DNA of 64,000 nt, taken from assembly GCA_051362555.1 (NCBI GenBank), contig CM120649.1, positions 5,642,001-5,706,000 of the forward strand, read 5' to 3'. This DNA is from Lingula anatina (lineage: Eukaryota; Animalia; Brachiopoda). The notes beneath the pieces were generated by a model. The model was not told the DNA's origin. It saw nothing but the letters and a program-made list of their open reading frames with translations, and did not search any database. Both the position numbers and the translations under genes were made by a program. This document shows, one piece after another, positions 11,798-25,187 of the stretch. Position 1 is the first letter of the stretch. Each line of letters starts with the position of its first letter.

Positions 11798-12756
11798 AAT
11801 TTACTTGCACCCAATCAGTGTGGCTTGGTGGGAAATGCCTGATTAATTTCCTACATGTAAATCTAAATTAATAGAAAGATAACAATAGTGATTTTTATTC
11901 ATATTATAACTTACAACATTACAGTTGAATTAAAGGAGCAGAATTTAACATTTTTACAGAGGAAAGTGCAAAATTATTTCATGAGGTTATTAAAGTTATA
12001 TGTCAATTACACCTGAGGTAGAATTTACTTGCAAAATAAAATTACTCTTATCAATACACCAAATCGAAAATTAAGCCACTAACTTCCAAATACACTTCAT
12101 ACAGGTAATTGATTTAATTGGCCCAGCTCAGCTGTGAACAGTACAAATATAGCCTTGACACTAATTGGGAATAATGCTAACCAGGTATAAAAGAGGTAGG
12201 TGACAGCCGATAAAATCTAGAGAGCACCGTAACTGATAACAAATTACACCCAAGGCAATAGGTGAGTCTTCATTATAAAAGTCGAAACCCTGCCTGGGTT
12301 TTAATAAATTAACACACTCTCCATCCACACTTTTTGGGCACTACTTTACCAAACGTACACACCTAGGTCTTTGGTGTTCTACTGTTTTTTCTTTTATGGT
12401 AAATCTGCACAGTTGGCTCTTCATTCTTTGCTATAAAATAAATTAGTTTTATCCTTTACTTTTCCGAAGAGTCTTGATTCAAAGCCACCTCGCCGTCTCT
12501 CCTCCGTTTATGGTTTTAGTTCCTTCACCATGGATTTTTTCCACTGCAGGCAGTCTGTGAACGCTTGTAAAGTAAGTTACCTTCTCTCGATCAAATACCC
12601 TGCAGTAATTCATCATTTTGCTCGGTTAAATATGAAAAAAAATACAGAAAACGAAAACTGAACTACAGACATGGCTTGTTCATGCGCAGCAGACGATTCT
12701 GGTCTCCCTCCAGTATGGCTGCCATTTGTTTTGATGACGCAGGCTCTAATGGGTCA
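10153..12756. mobile_element. Decayed, internally deleted ISL2EU-like (PHIS group) DNA transposon
   Basis: Imperfect TIRs taaccgattacagtgacgtcat and (rc) tgacccattagagcctgcgtcat, with AT on both flanks. Inverted subterminal motif gcca(tg/ta)ctggaggga. Convergent coding remnants: plus 10271-10413 (YKLRLQLLSGIDRYELK..ATYP) and minus 12616-12479 (THAP-like MMNYCRVF..HRLPAVEKIHGEGTKT[fs]TEERRR[fs]WL). Confidence 0.7.
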
Positions 12757-13915
12757 ATTGTGGTATTACTTTGCCACCTGCTGTGGGAAATGAAATTCTT
12801 CTCGTTTTATCATCACTACTCCAATTTGTTTCCGTTTAAACTTTAATAGGAAAGCATATGTATGAGCGTAATCCCACCTTTTTTCATCATAAAAATTGGG
12901 GGGGGGGGGGGGGGGGGGATTAGGAAAACGACCGAGAGATGCAGAATTTTAGATTATGAAAGAACACCAGCAGATGCCCATCAGTGTATATAACCAGAAA
13001 TGGAGAATTAAGTCACTCCTCAAATAATAATAATATTCAAGGTCATTTTATTTCAATCATTAGCCATGAGATCCAAGATTATGCAGCTGGATCCAACATA
13101 CTTCTCTTCTCTAGTGCTATTGGATCCAACAACATTATTTAATATTAAAAAAGGTGAATGATTTTTTTTATTTGTTACTGTTAATTTCACAAAAGTCCAT
13201 AGAGCACCCGCTTTAACCCCTACAGTTGCACGTTTACAGCATGCTTTTACAATGTAAACAGAAAATAAAGTAGATAAAATAAAGGTTATTGTCTTCACAA
13301 ACCACAAATACAAATGTAAAGTCATTTTTTTGTAGTTTATAAACTATCCAGTATATCCAAAACAAAATATCACAGACTCAATTTAGGTAAAACTCAGTCC
13401 ATAAATGCTTGTAATAGAACAATTGCATCGTTTAAGTGAACAGGAGTGTTCATGCATACAATTTCATCATTTTGGCTCATCCTCGTCTGTGTCCAACCAT
13501 GAAATATGGTACAATCTTCACTTCTCATGCTCTTCTTTTGCAGTTGACTTCTTCAAATAAACTGAAGTGACTTCTCTACTGGTATGTCTGTTGGGGATAT
13601 TGATCATTATATAATCATTTGATATAAAATCATTAAAAAGCAAAAATTTCAGTTGTCGACACCAACGTCAGATTCCCTGAATGTAATGAACGTTACTACT
13701 GTGCTGTAGGCTGAAAGAAAGTTTGAACCATACATTAGGTGACTTAGTTGTACTCTACAACTTCCATGTCTTTTTGTGTAATGTCTTGAGCTGGAGTACA
13801 AGATGCATTAGAAAGAAAGTAAGACTGCAAACAGTACTGCCCTTCATTCTATGCCGTGTCTGTCCCTTAGGGTTAGCGTTAAAAAACATCTAGTTTCACA
13901 ATGTTCAGATAAAAA

Positions 13916-14904
13916 TCACAAAAATAACTTCCAGGCTTTTTCATCCTTGTTTTTCCCAGGATCTTTTCTATTTTCTTTTGAGTCTGAGTCAACTTTTTTG
14001 TCCTGGTCTTCTTTATATAATCTAAAATCACTTTTGTCCAGTGATACTACATTATCTTTGGAGGTGTCAGTATTATAGTGTGTGAACCCTGAACAGACAG
14101 GACTATCAAACTGGCACAGTTTACAGCACTTGATGGCTTCCTCCAGCACTTCTCTACACTTGCTTTCTTGGTAGTCATTGACTGAAATTGAAAAAAAAAA
14201 AGTAGGTATGTGATTATGGAAACTGTGAAAAACTGGATCATGCAAGACTTAGAATTTAATTTGATGCTATAAACTACAGAAATGGAAAACTTTTCATCAC
14301 GAAATGACTTCAAAGAATAATGTAATAAAAGGTATGAGCATAATTAAAGCATTTGCGATCTAAATGTTTATTGTAAACAGCAACAATGTGATCTAGTTGT
14401 ATATCAATAACAATATAAAGGCCTTACTAGTAATAATAAAGATACCATTCAATAACACGATAAATGTGTTAGAAATGTTTATGTGATACGGTTCCATTTT
14501 GGTTTAACCTTCCCTCTTTCCTCCGATCTGATTACATCATTACTTGCCCATCTCCTCAGATTTTAATATGTAGTTTCCATAATTTGCAACTTATGAATAC
14601 TAGTATATACCGGTACATGTACGTACATGACAGGTAAATGTACATGTATTGTATATGAAGTAGGTACTTTTGGTTTTTGTCATTCATTTTGAATTCAAGA
14701 GTGCGAGTTGATGTCATCTTAAAAAAAAAAATTAAGATTTTAGATTAGTACTAAATCATGCTTATACAGTGAGAATGAAACAAAAATATTTTCCAACAGT
14801 TGTGTAACCAAAAACGTCAACGACTACCGGTAACTATTAACTTACTCACCCTTCAAACAATCCTGTATCTTACATATTTCTGTTTGACATTTAACCCGTG
14901 GCAT
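13916..14904 (-). CDS. CMC4: Cx9C motif-containing protein 4 (106 aa, 2 coding exons)
   Basis: Exon 14904-14850 (MPRVKCQTEICKIQDCLK) and exon 14181-13916 (VNDYQESKCREVLEEAIKCCKLCQFDSPVCSGF...). Twin Cx9C pattern and the C-terminal VCSGF motif match CMC4/p8MTCP1. Confidence 0.88.
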
Positions 14905-15422
14905 ATTGCTGACAACTATCTACCAGACCTTTGGTTGTTTTACAATTGCAGGGCTATTCAGAAATATGAAAACACTAAAAACAGAAATAACAATGCAGAG
15001 AAAAATTTTCCGCCTGCTACAGATAATCCGGGTATTTGAGAATATGAGTATTTCGAACTCCAAACCCAAGAAATCCAAGAAACGCTTACATGATGGCTTG
15101 AGACACACAATGGTAAATATTATAGATAAATCTGGTTGAATCTTACAAACTGTTGTTAATGATAGATTTGAAGATATGAAGAGATATAAAATATATAGTA
15201 ACACAGACTTAAAATTGCTGTAACTGTAGCGAGGCTATTTTGGCTTATCTTGGTAGTGCTGTACTCTATTGGTTGGTATCGCCTCCCATGGTAACCTACA
15301 AACACAACACGCTGCCCATGTATTCATTGATTTTGTAAAGTGTAGCAGGGAACCAGAGTATACAAGGTGCAGAGCACATAAAATATATTTTATTACAGAA
15401 ATTGTGGAATCAAGAGGCAAGC
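14905..15422. promoter_or_regulatory. Bidirectional promoter region CMC4/EFHC2 with a partial RFX X-box
   Basis: Start codons are divergent and about 520 bp apart. cctcccatggtaac at 15282-15295 matches the right part of the X-box consensus GTYNCCATGGNAAC. Confidence 0.5.
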
Positions 15423-17533
15423 ATGGCATTACCAAACTTGCCAGGGAATTCTTTTAATCCTAATGTGAGTAACAGTTTTGGTGTTTGTATCTATGGAGAA
15501 AGACAGAAATGTATTTTAGGCTTAGCAACTTTTAACACTTTCTAAGTTTCTAATCAATTTCGTAAAGTAATGCATTTAGTCGTCGTCCGGTTTGTACTGT
15601 TAGGGCATAGTAACTCTCATAAAACTGCCGACTGATATTGGTTTTTATGCAATTTATACATGGAAAATAATGTTTATGTTCTTATATTTTTCAATTTATA
15701 ATTTATAATTTAATTTTTAATTTTATAAACTTCTCTACTATGTATAGTTCCCAACACTGTACATTTTATGATTAAAGGCATACAAGTGCATTTTACCAAA
15801 TTAATAACTGTTAAATTTTGCATTAAAAAGTAGTTAACTCTTTGTATTTATTTTTATTTTTCTAGCTGGGGAAAACACGTTATCATAAATCCCACCACTT
15901 TGACTATCGCAATGAAGTATCTATGATGGTTGGTGAAGAGAAACCTGGGATTGGTGGAGAGCTTTTAGCAGGGCAGAAAATCACACCAAAGAACAGCGTT
16001 TTCCCTTCTGGAGAGGGTGGAAATTTGCCAGCTTGGGTGGCTTTTGACAGACAGGTTTTGTGTTTTGATGCATATTTTCAAGAAGCTGTACACGAGAAGA
16101 GAGAGGAACAGTATAGAATCCGTAACAGCAAAATTTATTTCTACTTGGAAGATGACTCCATCCAAGTTATAGAGCCAAGAATGAAAAATGCAGGTGTTCC
16201 TCAAGGTAAGTTGTTATTGTAATATAAAAATGGAATGATCGAAATTATTAGTCATTCAATTACATGTACATTGTTAATACTGGTATGCCAGTGCATAGAT
16301 TAGCAGCATTATCAGTGTGTACATAAAATTGTATTTGCTGCAAAATTGCTGTCAGTCATCAAATCCAAAATAAGAAATGTACATGTATGTCACAGATCAT
16401 CACTCTGCAGTAAGTGCATTTTCAAATGAATTAACTCATATTTGTATGAAATTTCTGAAATTTTAATACTAGTATGTGATTCAGTTATTTATACCCTTTC
16501 AAACAAATTTCCAGGAACCCTTATCCGCCGTCACAGAATACCCAGGCCTGCTCCATATGACGACACATTCTACACCGTGGAAGACTTCAATGTGGGCAAT
16601 GAGGTGAACCTTTACTCTCGCATATTCAAGATCACAGGCTGTGATGAGTTTACACACAATTTCCTCCGTAAACTTGGAGTGAAGGTAAATGCTCCAGAGG
16701 CTGTACCAGCTGACCCTTATACCAAGTACAGGAAAGCTGTAAGTATTACACTAACTTTTATAAATATTATTAAGTCATTAGATTATATTATTTAATTAAT
16801 TTTTTGTTGTTTCTGGTGCCAAGCAAATTTTTTTTTTCTGATAATTGATTATTTTGTATTTTCTTCGGTTAATCTAAGTACTATGAACTGCACTCAGTAA
16901 TAATGTAAATGTATTGTTGCAATTTTTAATTTAGTTCTTTTTTTTTAAATGAAAATTACTCTTTCAAACCATTTTTTAAAAGTTAAAGCATCATCGCATT
17001 ATATTCATCACTTACATATTTTAATAGATGGATGAGTCTATGCAGCCAATGAGACCATATGAGAAGTACGACACCCTCAAACAATTTCTGGATCATGACC
17101 GTCATGTCCTGCGTTTCTACTGCCACTGGGATGACACCGACAGCATGTTTGGTGACCCTAGACAGATGGTCCTTCACTATTTCCTTGCTGATGATACAAT
17201 AGAAATCCGTGAGATCATTCAGGCAAACTCTGGACGTGATGCCGCTCCAATGTTCCTGCGTCGGGCCAGACTGCCTAAGGAGGTGTCCAGTCTACGCCAG
17301 CCTGGTGAGAAAACTGACCGCACTGTCCTGAATGTCTTTGGACCAACTGGACATGGTGGAAGGTACATACTGGACAGTCTGAAGGTGAGTTTATTCTCTT
17401 TTGGTGAAAACCATTTTGGCATGGGTTAATTTGAATGTTTCTAGCATATTGAAAAAGCACATGAAAAACAGATAATACACACACATATGTATTTATATAT
17501 ATATTTTTTCGCACTGCATAGACCTAGAAGTTT

Positions 17534-17580
<47 letters not shown>

Positions 17581-20500
17581 TTTTATTCCATTTGGCATGT
17601 CTGTGAATGAAAAAAAAAATATAAAGAAATTGGGGGCACATGCCCTGGTACCTGTTAGTACTTTAGACAATTCAAACAAATGGTGTTCAACCATATAGGT
17701 ATTATTTTCTTGTCCAGACTGGTGCTGTCCACGAGGAGTTCTACAAGGACAGTGATCTGATGATTGGATCAGTGGTCAGCGCCTGGGGGAGGAAGATCCT
17801 GCTATGTGACACTGATGACTTCACCAAGGAGTACTACAGGACCAAGTACGGCATCAGTAAGTATTATATAGGTTAAGTTTTTTAATTATTATTTTCAAAT
17901 ATATGCCATGCATCTTATTTCATATTTTATCATTACTTTGAAAGGTGATTTTTTTTACATACTTTCTGAAGATTATATGTAATATTTTAAAATTAAATTG
18001 AAATGCTTTTAAAAAGTAGGATACCATTGGAATATTTTTTTTTAATTTCTATATATTCAGTTTTTGTAAACAGTAAATGCTGAGTAATAATTCATTATTT
18101 CAATATCATATTAAAAAAGAAATGAAACCATATCTGGCATGACATTTTTGACTCTGCAGCAACTGAAAAACATTTTGATTAACCATTGTAATAAAGCTAA
18201 AAAATTTACTGACAAAATGTTTCTCCAATTACAGACAACTTTACACCCATTCAGTACAAGGGTACCCCCCAGGGCCGCAAGGCAAGAGAGATGCCTCCAT
18301 ACAATGGGTTTGGCAGTGAGGAGGACTCTCTGTGTTCCTGCATGGGCCTTATCCCCAAGCCACCCAGGAGAGATTTCGTCAAATTCATGGAGAAGGATCG
18401 CCACGGACTGGAGAGCAATGTACTACGGTTCTTGGCTAGAATGGATACCACAAAGCCCATCGATATGGACCGTCGCTTCATCATCTCCTATTTCCTGTCT
18501 GATGACACTATATTGGTGTTTGAGCCTCCTGTTAGGAACTCTGGTAGGTTATTTTCCTATTAAATTAAATTTATTTTCTTCTTATTGGTTTATTTTGAAA
18601 AGAAATTACTGAGCATTACTTAATTGTCAAACTTTTTATTCAAAATTTAAAAAAAGCAATAATTAATGCAAGTTTCATAATAGGAAATGTAAAAACCCCA
18701 TTAAAAAATCCCCTGTAAATAAACTGAATATATAAAAAGCAGTCTTTAATTAGAAATAAATCATATCATGTAAAATTCTTTAATGTTTCTTCTTTCTTTT
18801 AATGATTTAATAATAAGAATCCAGTGCATGAAATTCAGTTTGTTGATTTTCCTCCCTTTTTTTCACAGGCATCATTGGCGGCAAATTCCTGGAGCGTGGC
18901 CGCGTGAAGAAGCCCGACCAGCCTCCATACAGCACACGGCTGTCCGAATACTACATGGCACCAGATCTGTATGTAGGAGGACTGGTCATCTTCAACAACC
19001 ACAAGTTCCTGCTCATTGATGCTGATGAATATGCATTTAGGTACATGGAGCAACACAGTGATGAGGTGAGGACTTGAAATTTTTTTTTCTTTATTTGATG
19101 GTATTATTTTTCATTTTGAGGAAATCTTATACAGTTGAAAATGTTCTTTTTTTCATTGATCCTTTAGTGATTGACATCCAGTGTTAAAATCAAATTTAAT
19201 CAAAGATATTTCTTTTGATTGGTTTTTAAATGTCATTCTGTGTTTTTTTTTTTTTTCATTCTCCTTTTTTGAATCCGCAAATATCAAGGGATGTTTTATA
19301 AATGAGTATACTGGTATCTCTGTTTAATTATTTTTATATAAAATTATCATTATGTTACTTTTTAGTTCCCACAAGCCAACGTTGACAGAATCTTTGAGAA
19401 ACTGAAGGAGCTCTCCAAGGGCAAAACTGAAGAAGTCAAGTCTTTCTTCATGCGTAATGACCCCAGCAACACAGGCAATGTCCAGTACGAGCAGTTCAGA
19501 AACCTTCTTATGCAGCTTTCAGAAAACAGGCTGGCTGAGCATGAGATAATGACAGTTGGGAGGTAAATATATAGAACAATATAACAAAACATTTAGAGAT
19601 TACAATGTGACAGAAGCAGGGAATGGATGCAGAGGAAGATGAGACTCCCACTTTCCTGCCCATCACTGAAAGTCTCCTAATTTTGATACAGCAGCATTTT
19701 AAATTTTCTTTTCTTTATAAAAATGGGGGAAAAATGTTGGAGATATATAAGTAAAAACAGAACAACTTTTAATTGTTATTATTTTTTGCAACATTTTATT
19801 GTTTTACATTTCAGACATTACATGCTTCGTAAGGATGATGACGGGGTTGACCTGAACACGCTGGCCTACATCATACAAGATCTGCTGAGGAAACACAACT
19901 TTGATATCAATATTAACAAACTGCCTGATGGCCTGCTACAGGCTGATGCCAACAAGTGAGTTATACTTTATGATGGCTTTTTGTCACAATATAAATACCA
20001 GTAGTCAAGATTAAGCAAAATTACATATGCTGGCACTTCTTTTTTTGTATAGGTTGATTTGCAAAAATTACAGTGCCTTTTTAAAATTAAATATATGTCA
20101 AGTCTGGCCCAAAATACATTACAACTAATTTCATTTCCTGACACAGTTAGTCAATTTAATTGGTAGTTCAGAATTTTTTTGGATTGGTTGTAAATTCAGA
20201 GTTCTTAAATATTTTTTTCGTGTTCTAGGTGTGGTTACCTTCACCCTGAGGTAGTGATGACAGCCTGCAAAGCTCTCAGATTGCCAGTGCCCAGAGATCT
20301 AGTGTGGGCTCTCATGACTAAGTAAGTATAGCCACTGTGATCATTCTAGTAGCTTAGTTCATAGAGATATGGACATATTTACATTTTTCAAAATATCTTT
20401 ATCTGATTCAGAACTTAGAGTGTTTCTATAGGATTATTACATGCGATGACAGTGACAATGTAATGTAGATTAAAGTTTGTTTATTTTACTTCAACTTGAT

Positions 20501-20861
20501 GTCTAATAATGTTATGTTTCAAACATTTAATCATTCTGTGAACAATGGAGGGAAGCACTGAATTTTGCAGTCTCAGCATTCAGATTAATTTTAAATAGGT
20601 AGCATTTTAAAATTATCAATCGTAGTTATTCACATTCCTTGTTGTCTTCCTCTCAGGTGTGAAATCAACCAGGAGGGTCTGCTGAAATACGACACCTTCC
20701 TCCAGTATCTTGACTGGAAGAACTGCCCCGTGGTGGCGCCACCTAACTTCCAGGGAACCCTGGACGAGACATGGAAGGGAACCATGGCAAGCAAACAAGT
20801 TCAGGTTATCAACTACCAGGCACTATTAAATGATGCCTTCGGTTTTGCTGCGGAATCTTAG
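15423..20861 (+). CDS. EFHC2: EF-hand domain-containing family member C2 (three DM10 domains plus EF-hand region; about 747 aa, 11 exons)
   Basis: Exons 15423-15464, 15866-16205, 16515-16738, 17028-17384, 17718-17856, 18235-18543, 18869-19065, 19366-19562, 19815-19955, 20229-20321, 20657-20861, all GT-AG and in frame. Motifs MALPNLPGNSFN, WVAFDRQVLCFDAYF and PPYNGFGSEEDSL. Confidence 0.96.
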
Positions 20862-21519
20862 ATTGACTTGACAGTTCTAGATGATTAATAAATTAAAAGA
20901 ATTGAAACAGATTGACTTCACTTGTTGGAACAAAAATGGAATATTATTTTAGAATTTTGGACAATGCAAGGAAGAATATGTGCTGCTGTCAAAACTGTAT
21001 AGAACAACAAGGCTAAAACAAGTCTTGTTAAAAATGATTGGAAAAAAAACCCCAGAAACCAAGCTGAGAAATATTTATAAATGTATTATTTTGACTTTAA
21101 AGAAAAGCGTGGGTTATTTATCAGTGGAATTTTAACACATGGATTTATCAAAAGTGGAACAGTTGTGACATTTTGTCGTCTTCACTAGAATTCAAAACTT
21201 AAGTTGTCTTACTTGAATGAACAGCAACTTGAAATAACAAAATAAAACTGTGGATTTAGCTTCTTTCAAAATTTATTTTTCTACATGTTATGTGTAAATG
21301 TTTAAATTATTCTGAACGAGTTTACTGTGATCCACAATTGTAAATATTGTAAATATAATCTGAATTATAATACTGAGAATAAAACTGCTGTCAGAATATA
21401 ATAATAATAATGCCTTTCTCATTTCTTTTTTGTTTTGAGGCAAGTCAATATATTTTATATTTCATGTTTATATATATGTATGTTCTCTCCTGTCAAATTT
21501 TGGAAAGCATAAAAAACAG

Positions 21520-24500
21520 TCAAGCTGCTGATGTGTTTATCTCCAGATCTTTTTCTTTGTATTCATCAAGCTCTGCCATAGCAGCATCCAAGTCTTTCTG
21601 CAACTTCAATGTCTCTTCATGAGCTAGACTTTCTTCATCTTTAAACACATTTCTGAAAATTTGTAATTTCTAAAATACACAGTGTACAGTAAACAGTCTT
21701 TAGCTATAACAAAAATATAAAGTGACCTCAACTTGAAAAGAAATCATGACAAGATCTATTGCAACTACACCGAACATGTATATACAGACAACAAAGACAA
21801 TTCATTCTGATCCAGCGAGTATATTTTTGAAAGTGTTTTCTGACAGAAACACACATTTTGCAATTATTGATAATGCTATTCTCAATTTCAGCCTGTCAGT
21901 ATTCAAAATCAGACTCACTTCAACTTACATGATATCTTTCTGGAATTCTTTTGGAAAGTCAACAAGAAATCTCTGTTCTATTTCGTCTAATGCTTCACAC
22001 TGCAGCTCCAAATCTTCTACACTTTTGGTCAGGTTCTCAATGTCAGAGTTGAGGACTTGGACTTTGAAAATGAAAAACAATAGAAATTATAAAACATAAG
22101 TTATAAATCAATACCCAGGCCCACATTAATAATTAAAAAATCAGCATATTTGTCAGGAAAAGTTTATACTTACAAAAGAATATTAGGAATTGCATACAAT
22201 ATATCTTGAGACTGAATAAATTATATCAAAATAAATAAAAAATCAAGAAAACTTACTACTTTCAATATGCACTGAATAAGCTTGCTTTGTTTTCTGCAAT
22301 TCTTTCTCAAGACTTTTCTTGGTCTGCAAAATAATGACATAGTATCATAACTGTGATATGTCATGGACTGACATATTTTTGCTGTCTTCAATGTCTTAAA
22401 ATTTGCTTTGATGATACAAAGACTTGTTTGATAGGTTGACGATGCAAGTGGTCATGAAGCCAATAATGATACTGTTACACATAAGACTGAATTTCAATTC
22501 AGTTCTTCAGATCTATGTTTTAAATGAATAATACACAAATCATTAGGAAAATTAACATAAAAAGTATGAATAAACAAATGAATGACTTAAGTTGAGCAGG
22601 AAAGAATTAAAGTGGTATTTAGGGAGGAAATTAAACCATTTTCATTCCATGAACTCTTAGTCCAGTAAAATCCTCATCCCTTCAATAATTCAACAATTTT
22701 CTACTGGTAAATGGATAATTATAAACATTATAAACAAGTCAATATGTAGATAAAACAGCAATTGGTATAAATCTGAAACTCACGAAGTAGTTCTTTGCTT
22801 TACTGAACTTTTCTGCCAGCTGATCCAGTTTTTCTTCATATTCATGACTATCCAAGGAAAATCAGAAATAGGTATGTTGAGAAATATTAGGTAGATGGAT
22901 TTAATATTTACAACATACAATTATATATTTTGTATATCATTAACTTTTTTTGCTTTTATGAACTGTACTTAGAACTTTAGAACTGCAATCAAGCTTAATT
23001 CTTTTTCGGCATTCATATCCGATATGGAAATTTAAAAATTATTAAGCTGAAATAAAAAAAATTAATATATCATGGGAAGATTTTTTTTTTTTTTACAAAA
23101 TAATGGAGTAAGGAAGTAGATTGCCATTACATACATGTATAAAAAAATCAAATTATAATGTTTACTTTTAATTTGTTATAAATATTACTTTTGAGTGTCT
23201 ATAAATTAAAGTAAATATATACTAGCTGAGACCATTACAATCAAAACCATACTTATAACAACTTTTCTTTTAAGTATGATCAACATTTAACATTTTTTGT
23301 AAATCAAAGATATGAATTTTGTTACAATCAGAAACCATTTATTTCCAACCTCCTCACTTACAGTACAAGATCAGGTTCTACATGTACTCACATGCCATCT
23401 AAATGCTGTTGTTCAACTTCTTGAATTTTCAAGGTTAAATCTGATAAAATTTTTCTCCTTTGACTTATGGCATTTTCAAAGCTTTTAACAGATAAAGAGA
23501 GTGCTTTATTATTAATGGTCTAGCTGCCCTTGAAAAAATCATAATAAAATTCCCCCTTAAACTTTAAAAACAGTATGGGGTCAATAAGCAATTATAATAT
23601 ATTATACACACATTCATGTACAGATTTATAAAAGATTATATACCTTAATTAGATCTAAAAAAATTGTTAGAAACAATTTTACTTTTCCTGTGTAAAAGGT
23701 TATTTTTATCTTTTTACAACAACATAAATTGCAATTGGAAATTGGAAATACTGTTCCACCTGTTCATCTGTTCTCTTGTTTGAGCAATTTTGTGTCTTGC
23801 AACCTTGAGGGTTTCTAAAAGAGAAAAATATTACATATACTAATTACTAATAAAACATTTAAACAAGTAAATAAATAAATTTATTAATTTAACCATTAAG
23901 AAAAATAATTTGCAATTTGATCAAAATTTAATGTACATCTACTCATAACATTCAATAGAAATGTTTACCTTTCATCATTTCATTTTTTTCTTTTTCATGT
24001 TGGTGTTTCTTTCTTGCTGAAATAAAAGGATTACTCTATTAAAGAACATTAATACTTTTGCAAATTCTATAGCCTTTAGACATACATTGTGAATACAAAT
24101 AATGTGCCACCCACTGTAAGCTGTAATACTCCGTACATGCAAGTCCCCCAAAATTACTAGTCCTTGAATTTCAACATATTTCTAAAGCCAGGTGACTTTC
24201 TTCACTGTCTCTACTATTCACATAAATGAGTTGGATAATTCACCTTATTAATTTTGGTGATTTTAAAAGTACATTCGATCCTTATTCAAATATAATGGTG
24301 ATATAATAAAATCATTATAGAAATAATAATATAATGAACTAATTACCCAGTGCCAATGACTTTTCTGATGCACTCCTCTGTTTTTGGACATCGGTAAGTT
24401 TATCATCCAGGCGTGCCTTCTCTGAAACGTGATAAAAAATAGTATTTCCACCTATGTACATGTATTTAAGTGTTTTATTGTTTTAATTATCTATTTTTCC

Positions 24501-24794
24501 AAGTTTGACGGACAGTCTCAGCAGACAAACAACATTGATTCACCGTTGAATCAACGTTAATTTTGGTGGATCAACGTTGAATCAACGTAGAATCAATGAC
24601 GTTTGCCTGCAGGGGTGTAATCCAAACTGGTGAAGTTTTTCATTTTGTTTACGTTACATCAAATAGTTAATAACATGGCAATCTTTTATAAAACCTACTT
24701 TACTTAGCAACCAACAAATCTACGAAAATGTACAATATACACCTCGCTGAAGTTCTCTCATTTGATTTACAAGATTCCCTGTAACTGCGGTCAT
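21520..24794 (-). CDS. SYCE1: Synaptonemal complex central element protein 1-like coiled-coil protein (238 aa, 9 exons)
   Basis: Exons 24794-24743, 24421-24347, 24016-23969, 23814-23760, 23481-23392, 22847-22784, 22323-22257, 22061-21929, 21652-21520 give an open frame: MTAVTGNLVNQMRELQR EKARLDDK... ETLKVARHK... HEYEEKLDQLAEKFSKAKNYF... It is collinear with recalled SYCE1 (LINRINEVQQ, ETLRIL, FEEQLEDL). Confidence 0.75.
24517..24614. mobile_element. 98-bp MITE with internal tgaatcaacgt repeats
   Basis: Imperfect TIRs ctcagcagacaaac / gtttgcctgcaggg, flanked by gt on both sides. Lies in intron 1 of the SYCE1-like gene. Confidence 0.6.
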
Positions 24795-25187
24795 GATGAC
24801 TTCGTCTGCTAGATGATGACGTCATTTCATGCAGTGCGGAGTTTTTATAATTTGTAGTAAAATTTAACATTCGATCAAGAGTCTTTCAAGTTTTTGTTTG
24901 TATTTGTTCATACATAATGAATACCTTTCGGCTTCATTAAAGTTGTTCAAATATGAATCCAAAGGAAAAGCATCGGTTTGCTGCGGAAGTAGTAAACAAT
25001 GTAGCACAACTTCCGGTGGAGATTTATTGCCCAGACCAGTGACGAAGCGGCGGTGTTCAGGTAAAGAAATGATTTATTGTTAAAGCAAGTCATACTTTAA
25101 TACGGCATAACTACGTATACCTGAACGTCAAAGTCCACGCAGACCACCATCATTAAAATGAACGTTTGGTGATTTGAACCGAAGAAA
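24795..25187. promoter_or_regulatory. Bidirectional promoter region SYCE1-like/ANKRD39
   Basis: Divergent start codons about 390 bp apart. Palindromic CRE tgacgtca at 24817-24824. ETS-type cggaagt near 24985 and acttccgg near 25009. CpG is locally enriched. Confidence 0.55.

Noticed and set aside
12245-12310. Possible Penelope-type hammerhead ribozyme (stem, gaaac, stem, aataaa)
   Set aside because: The CUGANGA core and the cleavage triplet are missing, so at best it is a decayed relic.
13440-13712. Extra coding exon downstream of CMC4
   Set aside because: An acceptor-like site is present, but all three frames close within about 20 codons. Probably UTR.
15965-20798. Antisense and alternate-frame ORFs over EFHC2
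   Set aside because: They are shadows of the real EFHC2 exons.
23392-23760. Apparent frameshift or 5-nt microexon in the SYCE1-like gene
   Set aside because: Resolved by the acceptor at 23482-23483, which gives an in-frame 90-nt exon.
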